DNA of 63,840 nt, counting the filler, from Globobulimina sp. (Eukaryota), in assembly GCA_003354225.1 (NCBI GenBank). It is 41 parts of 41 records of this genome, joined end to end, with 100 filler letters (N's around TTAATTAATTAA, not from the genome) between each part and the next. Parts side by side here need not be neighbours in the genome. Positions count along the whole stretch, not along the records: positions 12,489 to 13,949 come from PIVH01016327.1; positions 14,050 to 15,510 come from PIVH01016328.1; positions 15,611 to 17,070 come from PIVH01016329.1; positions 17,171 to 18,630 come from PIVH01016330.1; positions 18,731 to 20,190 come from PIVH01016331.1; positions 20,291 to 21,750 come from PIVH01016332.1; positions 21,851 to 23,310 come from PIVH01016333.1; positions 23,411 to 24,870 come from PIVH01016334.1; 33 more parts are not named here. The stretch is one strand, 5' to 3'. The stretch's first letter is position 1. Every line of letters begins with the position of its first letter. Below are positions 12,608-24,970 of the stretch, in pieces. The notes below the pieces were generated by a model. That model made no database searches. It was not told the DNA's origin and saw only the letters and a list, made by a program, of their open reading frames with translations. Both the position numbers and the translations under genes were made by a program.

Positions 12608-13620
12608 TCACTGTCCAGGCAAATCAAACACAAATATTTTATTTAAATTCCGTTTTGCTTCATTAACTATTCCGTATCCACCCCATACCAATATTTTATT
12701 GTCATGCATTGACACTGAATTAAATTCAATTTTGTTTGGTAATGGATCACCAAATGCTGGCAAAACCGAATAATTTGCTACATAAAATATATCCGATGTA
12801 TTTGAAAACAATCCATCTGAATTTGCGCCTGCTGCACCACCACCAACCACTAACAGAAAATTATCCTTTTCATAGTAAATACATCGAGTAAATGACCGTG
12901 ATTCACGTAATGTGGTCTGGAGTGGTGTCCATTTACTGGCTGATATATTGAACTGCGATATATTTTTGCTTGGACCTGTAACCGATTCACCGCCAATCAC
13001 GTATAATATTGCCTGATTTGCGTGTTTTGTACCGTTGATATTAGTATTTGTGTTATTTAATAAGTAACACATTGATGCATATAATTTAGTAGGCATTGGC
13101 GGATCGGTTGAATTTAGAAATGAATGACTAGTGATATTGAATTGTAATATTTGATTTGACACTGAATTGTCAACGGTTTGACCTCCAATGATGTAAATTA
13201 AGTGATTTTGTTCATTTATGGCAGTGCATGGCAATGATATTTGAGCTGTGTTGGTAGGGAATGGTATATTCGTTATGTTTTGTGTATCAATATTAAATAT
13301 CCATAATTGGCCAGCGGCGGTATTGTCATTTGTGCCCGGACCAAACATATATATTGTTCTGTTATTACAGATATAATTTGATGCGAAATATGCACCATTT
13401 CCTGGTAATGTGGTGGGGATTTCGTGAAATGAATTGTTGGTTTTGTTAAAGATGTATATAGCATTTGTGGTCGTAAATGCATTATTTATGTTATTTGCTC
13501 GGCCTCCAAGAAAATAAATAGTGTCATCTAAATCACAAACTAATTGTGATGATACAATGGATGGCATCTGTATTGCATCTTCGATGTCCCATGAGACAAA
13601 GAAAGGACTTGGTTGCCATT
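12608..13620 (-). CDS. Kelch-repeat beta-propeller protein
   Basis: Repeated IYFLGG / IYIIGG / LYVIGG / LLVVGG / ILVWGG blades; many N-glycosylation sequons. Confidence 0.85.
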
Positions 13621-13661
13621 TTCTGGCGTAAAACGTTTTTCAGAGATTTTAATTCATAAAA

Positions 13662-13949
13662 AAAAACTATGTCGCTGCCTTTGGTGATGTGATAAAGTCT
13701 CAATTTCAATGTGATTCCTGTGTTTTGGATGGAGAAATGAGGAGTTTTGATGAAGATTTGGGTGCGTTTATCCCTGTTGGCAGCAATCGGACTGTGGCAC
13801 AAAATAAAGACACAAATAACAGGCAACATGTATGTTATATGGCTTTTGATATTTTGATGATTAACGGCGAGATTACAATGGATTTGACCTTATTGCATCG
13901 CAGAGAATTATTAAAAAATGCCTTCAAACATAAAAAGTGCTATTTTGAA
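13662..13949 (+). CDS. LIG4: ATP-dependent DNA ligase (ligase IV-like) adenylation-domain fragment
   Basis: CVLDGEM (motif III), CYMAFDILMING (motif IIIa), LLHRRELL. Confidence 0.75.
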
Positions 13950-14504
13950 NNNNNNNNNNNNNNNNNNNNNNNNNNNNNNNNNNNNNNNNNNNNTTAATTA
14001 ATTAANNNNNNNNNNNNNNNNNNNNNNNNNNNNNNNNNNNNNNNNNNNNCCAAATGAAAACAATATTTGCAAACACGCTGTTTTGAATGATTTGTTTTTT
14101 AATCTTATTCGATTTCCTAAATATCGCCGTTTTGGTGGTTGATGACTCATTTGGTGAGCAAGAAATGCGTCTGCAGCACTTTGCCCCCTGCTTGAGGGTC
14201 TAGATTGTGATGCACTGTGCCCCCGTTTTATTCTATTTCGCAGTCCAGTTTGAGGATGTGACATAATGGTCGTTCTTGATACTGGAAAATCACTGAGCTA
14301 AGATGTTAAAAACTTCCATGCTTTCGATCACTTTTAAGTTGAGATACAATCACCTGATCAAACTAGATAAAAATATTAATAGTTAAGATAAATACCATAC
14401 AAAATTCTCCAAATTTCTTGCCGTAACATCACACAGAAAGCATAACATTATCGTATCGATTTATATATATAAATAATTATGACGCAACAAAAATAATCAA
14501 AAGT

Positions 14505-15510
14505 GTGAATACCAAATATAAAGACATACGAAAAACAGATGCTGCTGATTATGTTTTGAATGTATTTAACAACATTGAACCAAACAGCAAAGATTATCGT
14601 TCAATCAATGCATTATTACATTTATTGTATGATTGGAAATGTCCACAAAATATAATATCTATTTGGAATGATATTGAATCATATCACAACCATATAAATA
14701 ATGCAAATGATGCGAATAAATTATCCTATGCCGTATTAATAAAATGTTTGATTCAAACACAAAACATTGGCATTGATAAATGTATTCAGACATTACAATG
14801 GATTGAGAAATATAATTATAAACTATCAATACATGGATCCTTATTAAATAAATTAGTGGCAAAATGTGTTCCAAATCATTTGCAATCATTGCAATATATC
14901 CATTCATTAATTGATAACCATTTAATTGAAATCAATACGAACCATTCGATTATTACAACAGTGTTAATTAATGCATTTGGACTATGTGGTGATATTAAAA
15001 ACGCAGAAACAATATTTAATAACAAAGAGAAAGATGATGCAGCCATAGGTGCAATGATGAAAGTTTATGTGCAAAACAAGTGTTATTATCAAGCATTTAC
15101 TTTTTATGATAAACATAAAAATGTGCAAAACAATTATGTTTTACACAGATTTGCATTAAAAGCGTGCATTAAAACAAACGATTTTGTTAAAGGAAAAGAA
15201 ATACATTCAATCTTACAACAAAGTAATAATATTAACAGTATTGACGATATTTATATAAACAGCACATTAATTGATATGTATGGGCATTTTAAAGATGTTC
15301 AAACATCGGAAAAAATATTTGATTCAATCAAACATTATGAAAATATATTTTGTATAAATGCTATGATTAAAACATATGTAAATGCTTGTAATTGATATAA
15401 AGATAAAGCAATGATATTATTTAATGAATATAATCATAAAATGGATGATATTTCATATTCATTGATACTTCAAACATGCATAGATAATAATAATTATGCA
15501 ATGGGACAGC
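14505..15510 (+). pseudogene. Pentatricopeptide-repeat (PPR) protein with in-frame TGA at 15393-15395
   Basis: TVLINAFGLCGDIKNAETIF and STLIDMYGHFKDVQTSEKIF; the PPR-like frame continues past the TGA (YKDKAMILF...ISYSLILQTC). Confidence 0.8.
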
Positions 15511-15750
15511 NNNNNNNNNNNNNNNNNNNNNNNNNNNNNNNNNNNNNNNNNNNNTTAATTAATTAANNNNNNNNNNNNNNNNNNNNNNNNNNNNNNNNNN
15601 NNNNNNNNNNTTCAAAAGCATTTCCCAAACCAGAATCTAAAATATGTAGCGGATACATTACGAGATGCCACCAAACCAACACATATAAACCAGAGAATAA
15701 AGATCTTTATAGAGGAGCAATGGTATCATTGCAAGCATATTAAATCAGAT

Positions 15751-17013
15751 TTGACGGATTTGTTAATAGGATATAGAATAAAATGGACTTTTTATGTGAT
15801 ACGTCCGATGGTGACCGATCCAATCCATTTTATTGTAAGTCTTATTAACGAATCACTGTTGATGGACAGAAATCTAATCGTTACATCAAATACTTACAGG
15901 TTACGTATTACAGTGGATCAAGGACGAACTTTAAGAACGATTTCATTGGCAAATGTAGATACTATCCAACCACTTGATACATATTCGCGTATCACAAGCA
16001 CTTTGACACCACGCCATTATGCTACACCAAACACTCAAACTGAGCAGAAACAAATGCAATGTTACAAATCAGTGTCAGTTGATGAGGACTCTGGAACTGA
16101 AACAGAAACAGAAACAGATGGAGAAGACGCAAAATATAATCACAGCCATAACCAAAAACCTATGAAGCCTCTGAAACCACTGGAAATTGTTCGACAAGAA
16201 GCTCAATTTGGTACAGAAGAGGATAAAACAAATTGTATTATTCGATTTATTGGATTTTCATCGCATGCAATCATACTTTTGATGACATTATTTTATGGAT
16301 TGTTGGCTGTCGTATATGGGATAGGTCAATTATATAAATTAACATTGAGTGATTTTTGGTGCTCTGATATGTATTCATTAGACCAAATCCGTGAATATAA
16401 TGCGTTACATAACAACACATTTGGTGACGAATATTCATGTTATCAGATACATGGAAATGTGATAGATTATGAACGTTTGTTTAATGTTAATCCTTCTTTA
16501 TCCTATGAATCTTTCTTAGATTATGACCATAATAATTTGGTATATGCGGTGCTGTACTTTATCATTGCTGCGGTGTTTGCTGTTATTATTATGTATGATA
16601 TTGGCCATATTGTATGGTATATTTGTTTGGGACATAAACGAAAGAAAAAGCAAAAAGAAAAAGATAACATTAAAAACAAGTGCTTGGATAAATACGTTAA
16701 ATATATGTCAACTGATTCTATTGGTTGGGTGATAAGGAAATTTATTTTTGAATTGATCGAAATCGTGATCCAAGGCATAGCATTGCTGAGTTTGGGTGGT
16801 ATTGATATTGGTGACTGGAATGAGAATATATTAGCAGAAGAAAGTTGGGTTGTGGTTGGATTTGCGATTATTATTCTTTGTAATGGGGTTTTTAATTTTA
16901 TTCTATGGTTTTGTTATGCAACATTCCCGAAAGCAATCTATGGACTTCCTTTCGCGTACTCTGTGTTTGCAGTCGATGCTATCTTTGATACGTATGTATA
17001 TTGCATGAATTAA
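15751..17013 (+). CDS. Multi-pass membrane protein, partial
   Basis: 420-aa ORF with at least 5 hydrophobic helices; probable intron donor GTATGT near 16992. Confidence 0.55.
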   Translation: MTDLLIGYRIKWTFYVIRPMVTDPIHFIVSLINESLLMDRNLIVTSNTYRLRITVDQGRTLRTISLANVDTIQPLDTYSRITSTLTPRHYATPNTQTEQKQMQCYKSVSVDEDSGTETETETDGEDAKYNHSHNQKPMKPLKPLEIVRQEAQFGTEEDKTNCIIRFIGFSSHAIILLMTLFYGLLAVVYGIGQLYKLTLSDFWCSDMYSLDQIREYNALHNNTFGDEYSCYQIHGNVIDYERLFNVNPSLSYESFLDYDHNNLVYAVLYFIIAAVFAVIIMYDIGHIVWYICLGHKRKKKQKEKDNIKNKCLDKYVKYMSTDSIGWVIRKFIFELIEIVIQGIALLSLGGIDIGDWNENILAEESWVVVGFAIIILCNGVFNFILWFCYATFPKAIYGLPFAYSVFAVDAIFDTYVYCMN

Positions 17014-17170
17014 TTATTTTGTACATGTTGTTATAAATTTGTATACATAGTTTATATGCGGTATTCCCAANNNNNNNNNNNNNNNNNNNNNNNNNNNNNN
17101 NNNNNNNNNNNNNNTTAATTAATTAANNNNNNNNNNNNNNNNNNNNNNNNNNNNNNNNNNNNNNNNNNNN

Positions 17171-18620
17171 AACATTTCTGTGTTGAGAATAAAATATTCA
17201 ATAACTTCCAATGTGGCTTCCAAATAAATCGCTGCTGTGATGATGTGCTCACAACTTTCATAACTGACATACAAACTTCTTTTGATATGGTCAGTGACAC
17301 AGATGTTGTTTTTACGGACTTTTCAAAAGCATATGACAGTGTTTGGCATAATGGTCTGTTATATAAATTGATTAAAAATAATATAAAAGGGAACATATTA
17401 AATGTCTTAGCCTCTTTTATACAAACTAGATTCACAAAAGTCATTGCAAAAAATGCTGAGTCAAATTGGGTAGCACAACCAATTGGTGTACCCCAAGGAT
17501 CTGCTCTTTCCCCTATATTATATATAATTTTTACAAATGATTTTAAACTGCAATTCCCAAATTATGTCCATTTTGCATGTTTTGCTGACGACACTGCTTT
17601 CTGGACCAGCCCAGGCACAAAAGATCCGCTCCGATATAAATTCCTCCAAAAAGAATTAAATAATTTCAGCAATTGGTGTGATAAATGGCAACTTATGATT
17701 AATCCATCAAAATGTACATCCATTAACTTCTCCCATGGAAATCCAATTAAATTCTATCCTAAATATACATTGAAAAATGATCCAAATTCAAATAAACAAT
17801 CCAAAATAAGTAAATATATAATCCATAATCATTCAATCCAATATGAGCAAACTGCCAGATATCTTGGCCTGTGGTTCGATGAGAAGCTGAATTTCCATGC
17901 CCATTTTGCAAAAATACGGGCCAAAACAATGCACAGTTATTGGCGGCTTTATTTTACCATAAAATCAGGAATCAAATTAACTCCTTTATCCATTGCGGTT
18001 CTTTACAAATCTTTGGCGAGATCTAGAATTGAATATGGATTAATCCACTATTTCCCGTATGACACAAATAATTAATTCACTGATTCTGATAAAACCCCAA
18101 TTAATTCTCCAAATTGTAATCAATGCATATTAAATACAGAAGAGACAATACATCATTATTTTATTAAATGTCCCACATATGCAAACCAAAGAAATCGAAT
18201 GATTGACTCGCTCGAAAAAATATGGATTGGCTTCCGCAATGGAGCACGCATCCATTTAGATGACCTATTTTATCCATACTCTCTCAAACGTCCTCCAGCC
18301 ATTATCGACGAACTAAAAATAAAAACTCAAGTGGCAATCTGGAAAACCCTTCTTCAATTCGTAAAAGAAACAAAAAGATTTAACTACCTATATCAAGTGG
18401 ACCTATCAAATATATCTCCAATCCTATTGGATTAAGGAGACTCCAGTACTTATGTACTAGTTTCAAATATTTATATTTACCTTTGTTCTTTGGCCTCAAC
18501 TCCAAATAAAAGGGCCTATATCCTTGTTTTTGTGTTTACTATTTATATTAGTGTTCCTTGCTTGAATATATGGTTGAATCTTTAATTGATTTCTTAGGGT
18601 TTTGAAAAAAAACAAAAAAA
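17171..18620 (+). mobile_element. Non-LTR retrotransposon (LINE) 3' portion: reverse transcriptase, C-terminal CCHC knuckle and A-rich tail
   Basis: QCGFQ, DFSKAYDSVWH, GVPQGSALSP, FADD, RYLG; in-frame CNQC...ETIHHYFIKC after TAA 18073-18075; A-rich end at 18605-18620. Confidence 0.92.
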
Positions 18621-18730
18621 TATTGTATGTNNNNNNNNNNNNNNNNNNNNNNNNNNNNNNNNNNNNNNNNNNNNTTAATTAATTAANNNNNNNNNNNNNN
18701 NNNNNNNNNNNNNNNNNNNNNNNNNNNNNN

Positions 18731-18840
18731 TCCGAGGTTGTAGGCGACGCCGTGGGACATTTGCTTGACGGCGTCAGCGCGGAACCCGTCGAGCTCGTAG
18801 GTGCGCGCCCACCACATCGCGTCGTCGACCATCTCAGAGA
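18731..18840 (-). other. GC-rich fragment of a GH13 alpha-amylase-family gene, probably a bacterial chimeric end
   Basis: WWARTYELDGFRADAVKQM is GH13 conserved region II; abrupt rise in GC content. Confidence 0.75.
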
Positions 18841-20190
18841 GGTCTTCCACGGCATCCACCATCTCCGCGATACTTCTGCGAGCAATGTGTTGTGGTTTTG
18901 GAACAAAATCATCACCGTCGTCGGCTTCAATATCATAACTATAGTCATCTCCATTTAGATCTTCCTCTGCGCCCAACTCATTTTCCATGTTCAGCGGCAC
19001 TCCAAACATTGGGATATCCGTTGCCGTTCCCGGGGTTTCTACGGTTGTGCCACTGCGCCGCCTCGGCGTCACTTCATTGTTATCCTCATAACCAACCATA
19101 TTATCTGTATCAGTGGGCGCTATATTTGGTATTTTATGCATCGAAGTATGTGATTGATTGCTGTCGCCAATAAACGATGGAGTCACTATACCCATTGGAA
19201 TATCATTATCTTTTTACACACAAAAAATCACATAAAAAGCACATAAAAAATTAAAAACACTTTCTACTGCATTCTTGACATGAAACTGACAAAAAAAATA
19301 GTATATACCGGTGGGGATAGCATCCATTTTTTCTTCAACGACAATATTATCTTCGTTTGCTACATTGGCCACTTGTTCAAGTGGTTGATTTTGCAGATCC
19401 AACGTATGTTGTTCCACATTGATGTCTTGCTTCGAGTGCACAGAGCCATGCTGCGAGGCATTAGAATGTGTGTCATCCTCTGCTATGTCCTGTACTTTCT
19501 TTGGCTGTGCTTCCTTTTCTTCGTCAATGTCGTCATTAATGTCATTGTCTGCATCTGTCACATTTGCATTAAATTGGCGTAGATTTTCGATATTTAATTC
19601 ATCGTAATTTAAATTGGATAATCCTGTCATAGACTGTCCTCGTTTTGAGGTTGGCTCATTTTCTTTGTCATCGTCTTCCTCTTCGCTGTCGTCAGAGTCC
19701 TCGCCGTCTACTTTAAAAAAGGAAAACATATCAAAGCCGGTGGCTTCTGATTTGGTTTTGTTGTGTATGGTGGTATCAGTTGGTTGCGTCACATTTGTTG
19801 GATCGTGGATGGCTATAAATTGATTAGTGTCATTTTCTGTGTCTTTCTCATCGTTGTCGTGTTGCTCTTGTTGTATATCAGACAATGCAGCCAAATCTGG
19901 TGCGGATTGGAGCACTGAATCTGGTGAAAATTGGTGGGAAATATTATCCACTGCGGGTTGCACTGGCTCAATATCAATATTTTCTGGTGGCTGTTCAATG
20001 GCTTCTGGCTGTTCTGATTTTTGCTCTGCATCCACTATTGCAATTGGCTCAGTGCCATCGTCTATATTCGAATTTGGGTCTGTCGGAAGGTCTGTGGAGT
20101 CAATTATTTCTATGTCGACTTCTGGTGACTCTTCCTGCATATTTCGGTGCGATTTAACGAGGACAAGCGAATGATTCAAGTTAGTACACT
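18841..20190 (-). CDS. Acidic low-complexity eukaryotic protein with an intron around 19213-19307
   Basis: D/E-rich ORFs 19214-20179 and 18683-19195 separated by an AT-rich GT-AG segment. Confidence 0.5.
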
Positions 20191-20290
20191 NNNNNNNNNN
20201 NNNNNNNNNNNNNNNNNNNNNNNNNNNNNNNNNNTTAATTAATTAANNNNNNNNNNNNNNNNNNNNNNNNNNNNNNNNNNNNNNNNNNNN

Positions 20291-21002
20291 TTACATTTGG
20301 CTCATATTCTGGATGTCCCTGAAATGATAAGATTCTATCCCCGATTTCATATAACTCAAATTCAGTATATTCAGATGTGGCTAATGAGGTCGCACCACTT
20401 GGTATTGATACAACTGCATCACGATGATGCTCCAATACCTTTAATGTTTTTAAATCTCCGTTTTCACGTTGAAAATATGGAAACGTTTTATAAAACTTGC
20501 CATTAAATACAATATTTCTTGTACCAATTTCCCAGTTATCAGTAATATTTGTTTTCAACGGATTAATATATGCTTTTCCTCCTTGCAATGCATGTGCAAT
20601 AACTTGGTGACCAAAACAGAATCCAATGAGTTTTATATGTTTATATTGTGAGTCGTTCACAATTTTATGTATTAACTTTCTTAAATGTAGAACCCATTTT
20701 GTTTTATTACCAAAAGCATCAGCATCTGAGCCAGATATAGCAATTCCAGACAATGACAACAGTTCATTGTGTGTTGGGAATTCATTTTTTGTTATATTGT
20801 AACATATCCATTCCTCGTCACAATGATTTAAGGCTTTGTTTCTTGTAAAGAAGTGTTTGTGTTGTTGAAAGACTGTGCCTTCTTCATCTCGAATACGTTT
20901 TTCTAATGGACCAGCGACAAAAACACCATAACGATAGGATTTCTCATCTGAAGCGTGATTCAGTCTCAAATGGTTGATTATTTTAGATACTCTTTCTGAC
21001 AT
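20291..21002 (-). CDS. Class I glutamine amidotransferase (gamma-glutamyl peptidase / GMP synthase GATase-like), 3' partial
   Basis: ISGS, GFCFGHQ (nucleophile Cys), FQGHPE (His-Glu). Confidence 0.88.
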
Positions 21003-21122
21003 TTTCAAGTTTATAGAACTAAATACATTGGGAATGTTTAAATTGAAATTATTATTACATTTATTTCCTTGCCGGTATTTATTCATTTTTTAGTCTGTTT
21101 CAAAACTTTTCAGTTCCGCTGC

Positions 21123-21750
21123 ATGGCATGGCTTCATGAAGCTTTTAAATTGTTTCAAAAATTGCGAAAATCTCTCGACAATCCTAATTCAAAATTATGG
21201 AATGAATGTCTCATTGCAATACAAAAAATTCAAAGTGAATTACAAATGTATACAACTGCCGTTAACATACTACTGTTACCACCCAATGAGTTAAACAAGC
21301 AACTATTGCAACAAAAAGAATTATGACTAACCAAAAAAAAATCTGTTGAACAAATTTTAAAACATCTTATATTTCATACAAATCATTATGTAATACCAGC
21401 TTTAAATTTAAGAAACAGAAAGTTAACAGACTGGCTGGCAATGATTTTAACAGCACATAATAACTGTTACAAATGTTTTGGTGAATCTGATTTGATCACG
21501 TATCCAAAAATGGTTTCGGTTAGTGATATAATATTAACAATAGAATTTACTGACCGATGCAGTGCTGACGAATGGGAATATTTGTTTTGGTGCAGCTTTT
21601 ATGATTTGAACCAATCAGTTGATAGTCTTCGTACTGCACCATCTGTACAGATATTACATGGTTTTACATTGTTTTTTGGTGCAAAATTCATTCAAAAATC
21701 GAATCAAAATATGTTGTCAAACAAAAGTGATAAAGAATTACAAAAAATAA
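21123..21750 (+). pseudogene. Hypothetical protein interrupted by in-frame TGA at 21324-21326
   Basis: ORFs 21069-21326 and 21441+ are in the same frame with no other stop between them. Confidence 0.45.
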
Positions 21751-21956
21751 NNNNNNNNNNNNNNNNNNNNNNNNNNNNNNNNNNNNNNNNNNNNTTAATT
21801 AATTAANNNNNNNNNNNNNNNNNNNNNNNNNNNNNNNNNNNNNNNNNNNNGAAATAAAAAAATACACTCTAAAACACCCTCTAAAACACTCCGTGACACT
21901 CTTACGTATACAAAAACACCCACTCTCAAACAAAACATAATTATAAAATCATGGAA

Positions 21957-23090
21957 CTAATATAAACTCCGTTTTGTAATTATGAGAGGAAACTGGTCAC
22001 AATTACCACTCTTTAAATATAAAGCAGACCCGTTTATTTTATGAGTTATTCTCCATTGTCTTTCATTATCATTTGATGATTTGATGAGTGGATGAAGACG
22101 TTTTACATTAAATTGCTGACTATCCTGAATAATAAATTTATGTCTTATTGCATCTTCCGATGTATATCTCGTCAATGGATTTACATCCAATAAACATGAT
22201 AATAAATCAATAAAATAAAAAAATTCGTCACTCTCTTTGTTTGCCAATGTACACAATAACTTATAACATCTGATTGTTTTCAATTTAATATAATTAGATT
22301 CGTTATGATAAATATTCAGATTCCGTAAATTAAGCGAATTAAATTTATTATAAATGTATATCGGAAATGGAGATAATTTGTGATATATTTGTTTAATAAC
22401 ATCGTCTTTGTTATTGCTGCAAAATAATCGCTTATGTCCACCTCCAATATTATTTATGGCAAACAATTGGTATAAAATACATCCAATGCTCCACATATCA
22501 ATTAAAGAGGAGATATTATTATGATTTCCAAATAATACTTCAGGCGCTCTGTATGATAATGTTTGAATATTGAACGAATTTAACCTTTTATTAAACGACA
22601 AAACATTTCCGAAATCTATAATTTTTATCTTTGCATTGGAATCAATTAAAATATTTTCCGGTTTTAAATCGCAATGCATACATTCACCGACGCCATGGAT
22701 AAAAGACATGGCACTAAAGATTTGAATACAAATTAAGCGAATAGTCGCTAATGATATTTGTAATCGATTTGTTTCATGATATTTCATATATTTTTCCATA
22801 TTAAAACCAAATATTTCCATAACAAAACATGAACCGATGGTTTCTTTACATTTGATAATAAATGCTTTTCCCATTTCATTTGATTTAATATTATTTAAAC
22901 TAATGATTTTTTTCCCTTCTTTGAAAAAAGCTAATTTCATTCTTTCTCTTTTTTTATCACTCCACTTATTATTCTCTTGTACGGTTTTCATTGCATATTT
23001 CTTTTTAGTTTTAGTATCAAATACTCTCCAAATATCCCCAAATGTACCTTTTCCAATCAAATCAATTATGTTGTATTTACCTGTTTGTAT
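21957..23090 (-). CDS. CMGC-group Ser/Thr kinase (DYRK/HIPK/PRP4-like)
   Basis: IGKGTFG, AMK, HCDLKPEN, DFG, IQTLSYRAPE, DMWSIGC. Confidence 0.92.
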   Translation of the reverse strand: MQTGKYNIIDLIGKGTFGDIWRVFDTKTKKKYAMKTVQENNKWSDKKRERMKLAFFKEGKKIISLNNIKSNEMGKAFIIKCKETIGSCFVMEIFGFNMEKYMKYHETNRLQISLATIRLICIQIFSAMSFIHGVGECMHCDLKPENILIDSNAKIKIIDFGNVLSFNKRLNSFNIQTLSYRAPEVLFGNHNNISSLIDMWSIGCILYQLFAINNIGGGHKRLFCSNNKDDVIKQIYHKLSPFPIYIYNKFNSLNLRNLNIYHNESNYIKLKTIRCYKLLCTLANKESDEFFYFIDLLSCLLDVNPLTRYTSEDAIRHKFIIQDSQQFNVKRLHPLIKSSNDNERQWRITHKINGSALYLKSGNCDQFPLIITKRSLY

Positions 23091-23410
23091 GTGAATTAAT
23101 TATTGTATCATAACAAAGTGAAAAACTACATAATTCAGATGGCGAACATAACTAATAAGTGGATTGTGATTAGTTTTCGAGACTGAATGCATCAGACTCA
23201 ATTTCACAATTGCTGGTTCAATTGCTTGCATTGATTGTGGCATGTTTTGATCGATTTATGGACAGGATGTGAATATGGAAGAAAGTGAAGTGTTGATTGT
23301 GGTAAAGATGNNNNNNNNNNNNNNNNNNNNNNNNNNNNNNNNNNNNNNNNNNNNTTAATTAATTAANNNNNNNNNNNNNNNNNNNNNNNNNNNNNNNNNN
23401 NNNNNNNNNN

Positions 23411-24870
23411 CGCAGACGCTGAAATTGCGCGCAATGTGTCACGTGTTTGTTGTTCGGGGTTCTTAGCCGCAGCGAAGGACTGCAACAATAATACCAAAAA
23501 TAAGCCAGTTTTGCTTTCATTTGTCTTCTCAGAGACCCATTGTGTTAATATCTTGCCTTCGGCGTATAAATTGTTATGAAATGCTAACTGAATGGATTGT
23601 AAATCAATTTCTGAGCGGGATATGAAAAGAAAACCCATTTCAACTTCATATTTCTTCCAATTTTTTCGGCCTAAATCGTGGATTTGTTTTGCAAAATATT
23701 CGCTTTGATTGATTGAATATTCTAAAATCACTTTGATCGCGTAACCGGAGCCACTTTTAATTCCCAATACTTTGTCAAGTAAATACATCAAATTGTAATC
23801 ATGCGATCTTTGTTGGAATTGGATATTTAAGGCACGTAGATAAACTTTACTATTTTCGCAAAAAATATCTACCAATCTTTTTTTTGAATCGTCTTTGAGA
23901 TTTTTAAATTTTGATTTTTTAAAATTGGTCAAAAATTTGAGATCTTTCTTCAACTTTCGCATGTTTACGGAGCTGTTTTTATGGTAATTTTGGAATCTCC
24001 GATTGGACAATAATGTGTTCCATATTCTCCACAAAGTATTCTTTTTTAGTCTGTTGCACGTATCTTCCAGTTCTTGCATTAAATTGGAACCATACTTTTT
24101 TGAATAACTCTCAACAATCTCTCTCAAATCAGGTGGACTGTTCGTGCATAAAATATCACAGATTCCATTGATATTTTTATCATCAATGCATTCCCTTAAA
24201 ACGTAAGTTATACACTTAGATTAAGTCCAACTTAAACACTGGAATCTATTCACATGAATGCATTTGAACAAATTTCAGTATTTAATCTTATGAGTGCTAT
24301 TTGGAGTGCACTGGATCTTACACTCACAACAGTGACATGCTGCAATCATTTTTACTTAAAAAAAAAACTCCACTCAAAATAATGAATCATGGCAGCTTGT
24401 TTTTAATTCATTGGCACATACCTTATTTTCATGCAATTGCATCCAGTGATAGTCTGCAACAAATAACCACATATTTTCAAGGAAGATCCTTTTTTTATAA
24501 TCAGTGACAAATAGTCAATAATATTCGATTTATGTTTGGCTCTAAATATCTTATTAATTTTCTCCCTCTGTATTGAATTCCTATTACACAGCAACTTCGC
24601 CATTCTATCTTTCAACTTCTTCCTTTCCTCTTTGGTGGCTTCCCCGTCCTGAATGGGATGGATCCAATTCATTATAGATTGCACATCCAACTCCGGCTTA
24701 AACTGCGCATTCTGAACACCAGTGACAGAGCCAATGTATTCATCATAATTCAACGCATAATAAACATCATCCTTTTCATCCTCAATCTCCATCTCCATCT
24801 CCTTAATATCATCATACTGCGGCAAACCACACAAAAACAACAAAATCTTCTGATGAATGGGCTGTTTCTT
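23411..24870 (-). CDS. Annexin-repeat protein, spliced, partial
   Basis: LLCNRNSIQREKI..F, ILCTNSPPDLREIVESYSKKYGSNL and FISRSEIDLQSIQLAF are annexin-like repeats. Confidence 0.75.
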
Positions 24871-24970
24871 NNNNNNNNNNNNNNNNNNNNNNNNNNNNNN
24901 NNNNNNNNNNNNNNTTAATTAATTAANNNNNNNNNNNNNNNNNNNNNNNNNNNNNNNNNNNNNNNNNNNN

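Noticed and set aside
17171-18075. Retron or other bacterial RT partnering the PtuAB pair
   Set aside because: Motifs (DFSKAYD, GVPQGS, CCHC tail, A-rich end) are LINE-type and the contig is unrelated.
19280-20174. Multiple overlapping + strand ORFs
   Set aside because: Antisense shadows of the acidic low-complexity - strand gene.
15393-21326. TGA reassignment suggested by two in-frame TGA codons
   Set aside because: TGG encodes conserved Trp throughout and TGA ends apparently complete genes (38758-38760, 56440-56442); nonsense mutations or errors are the simpler explanation.
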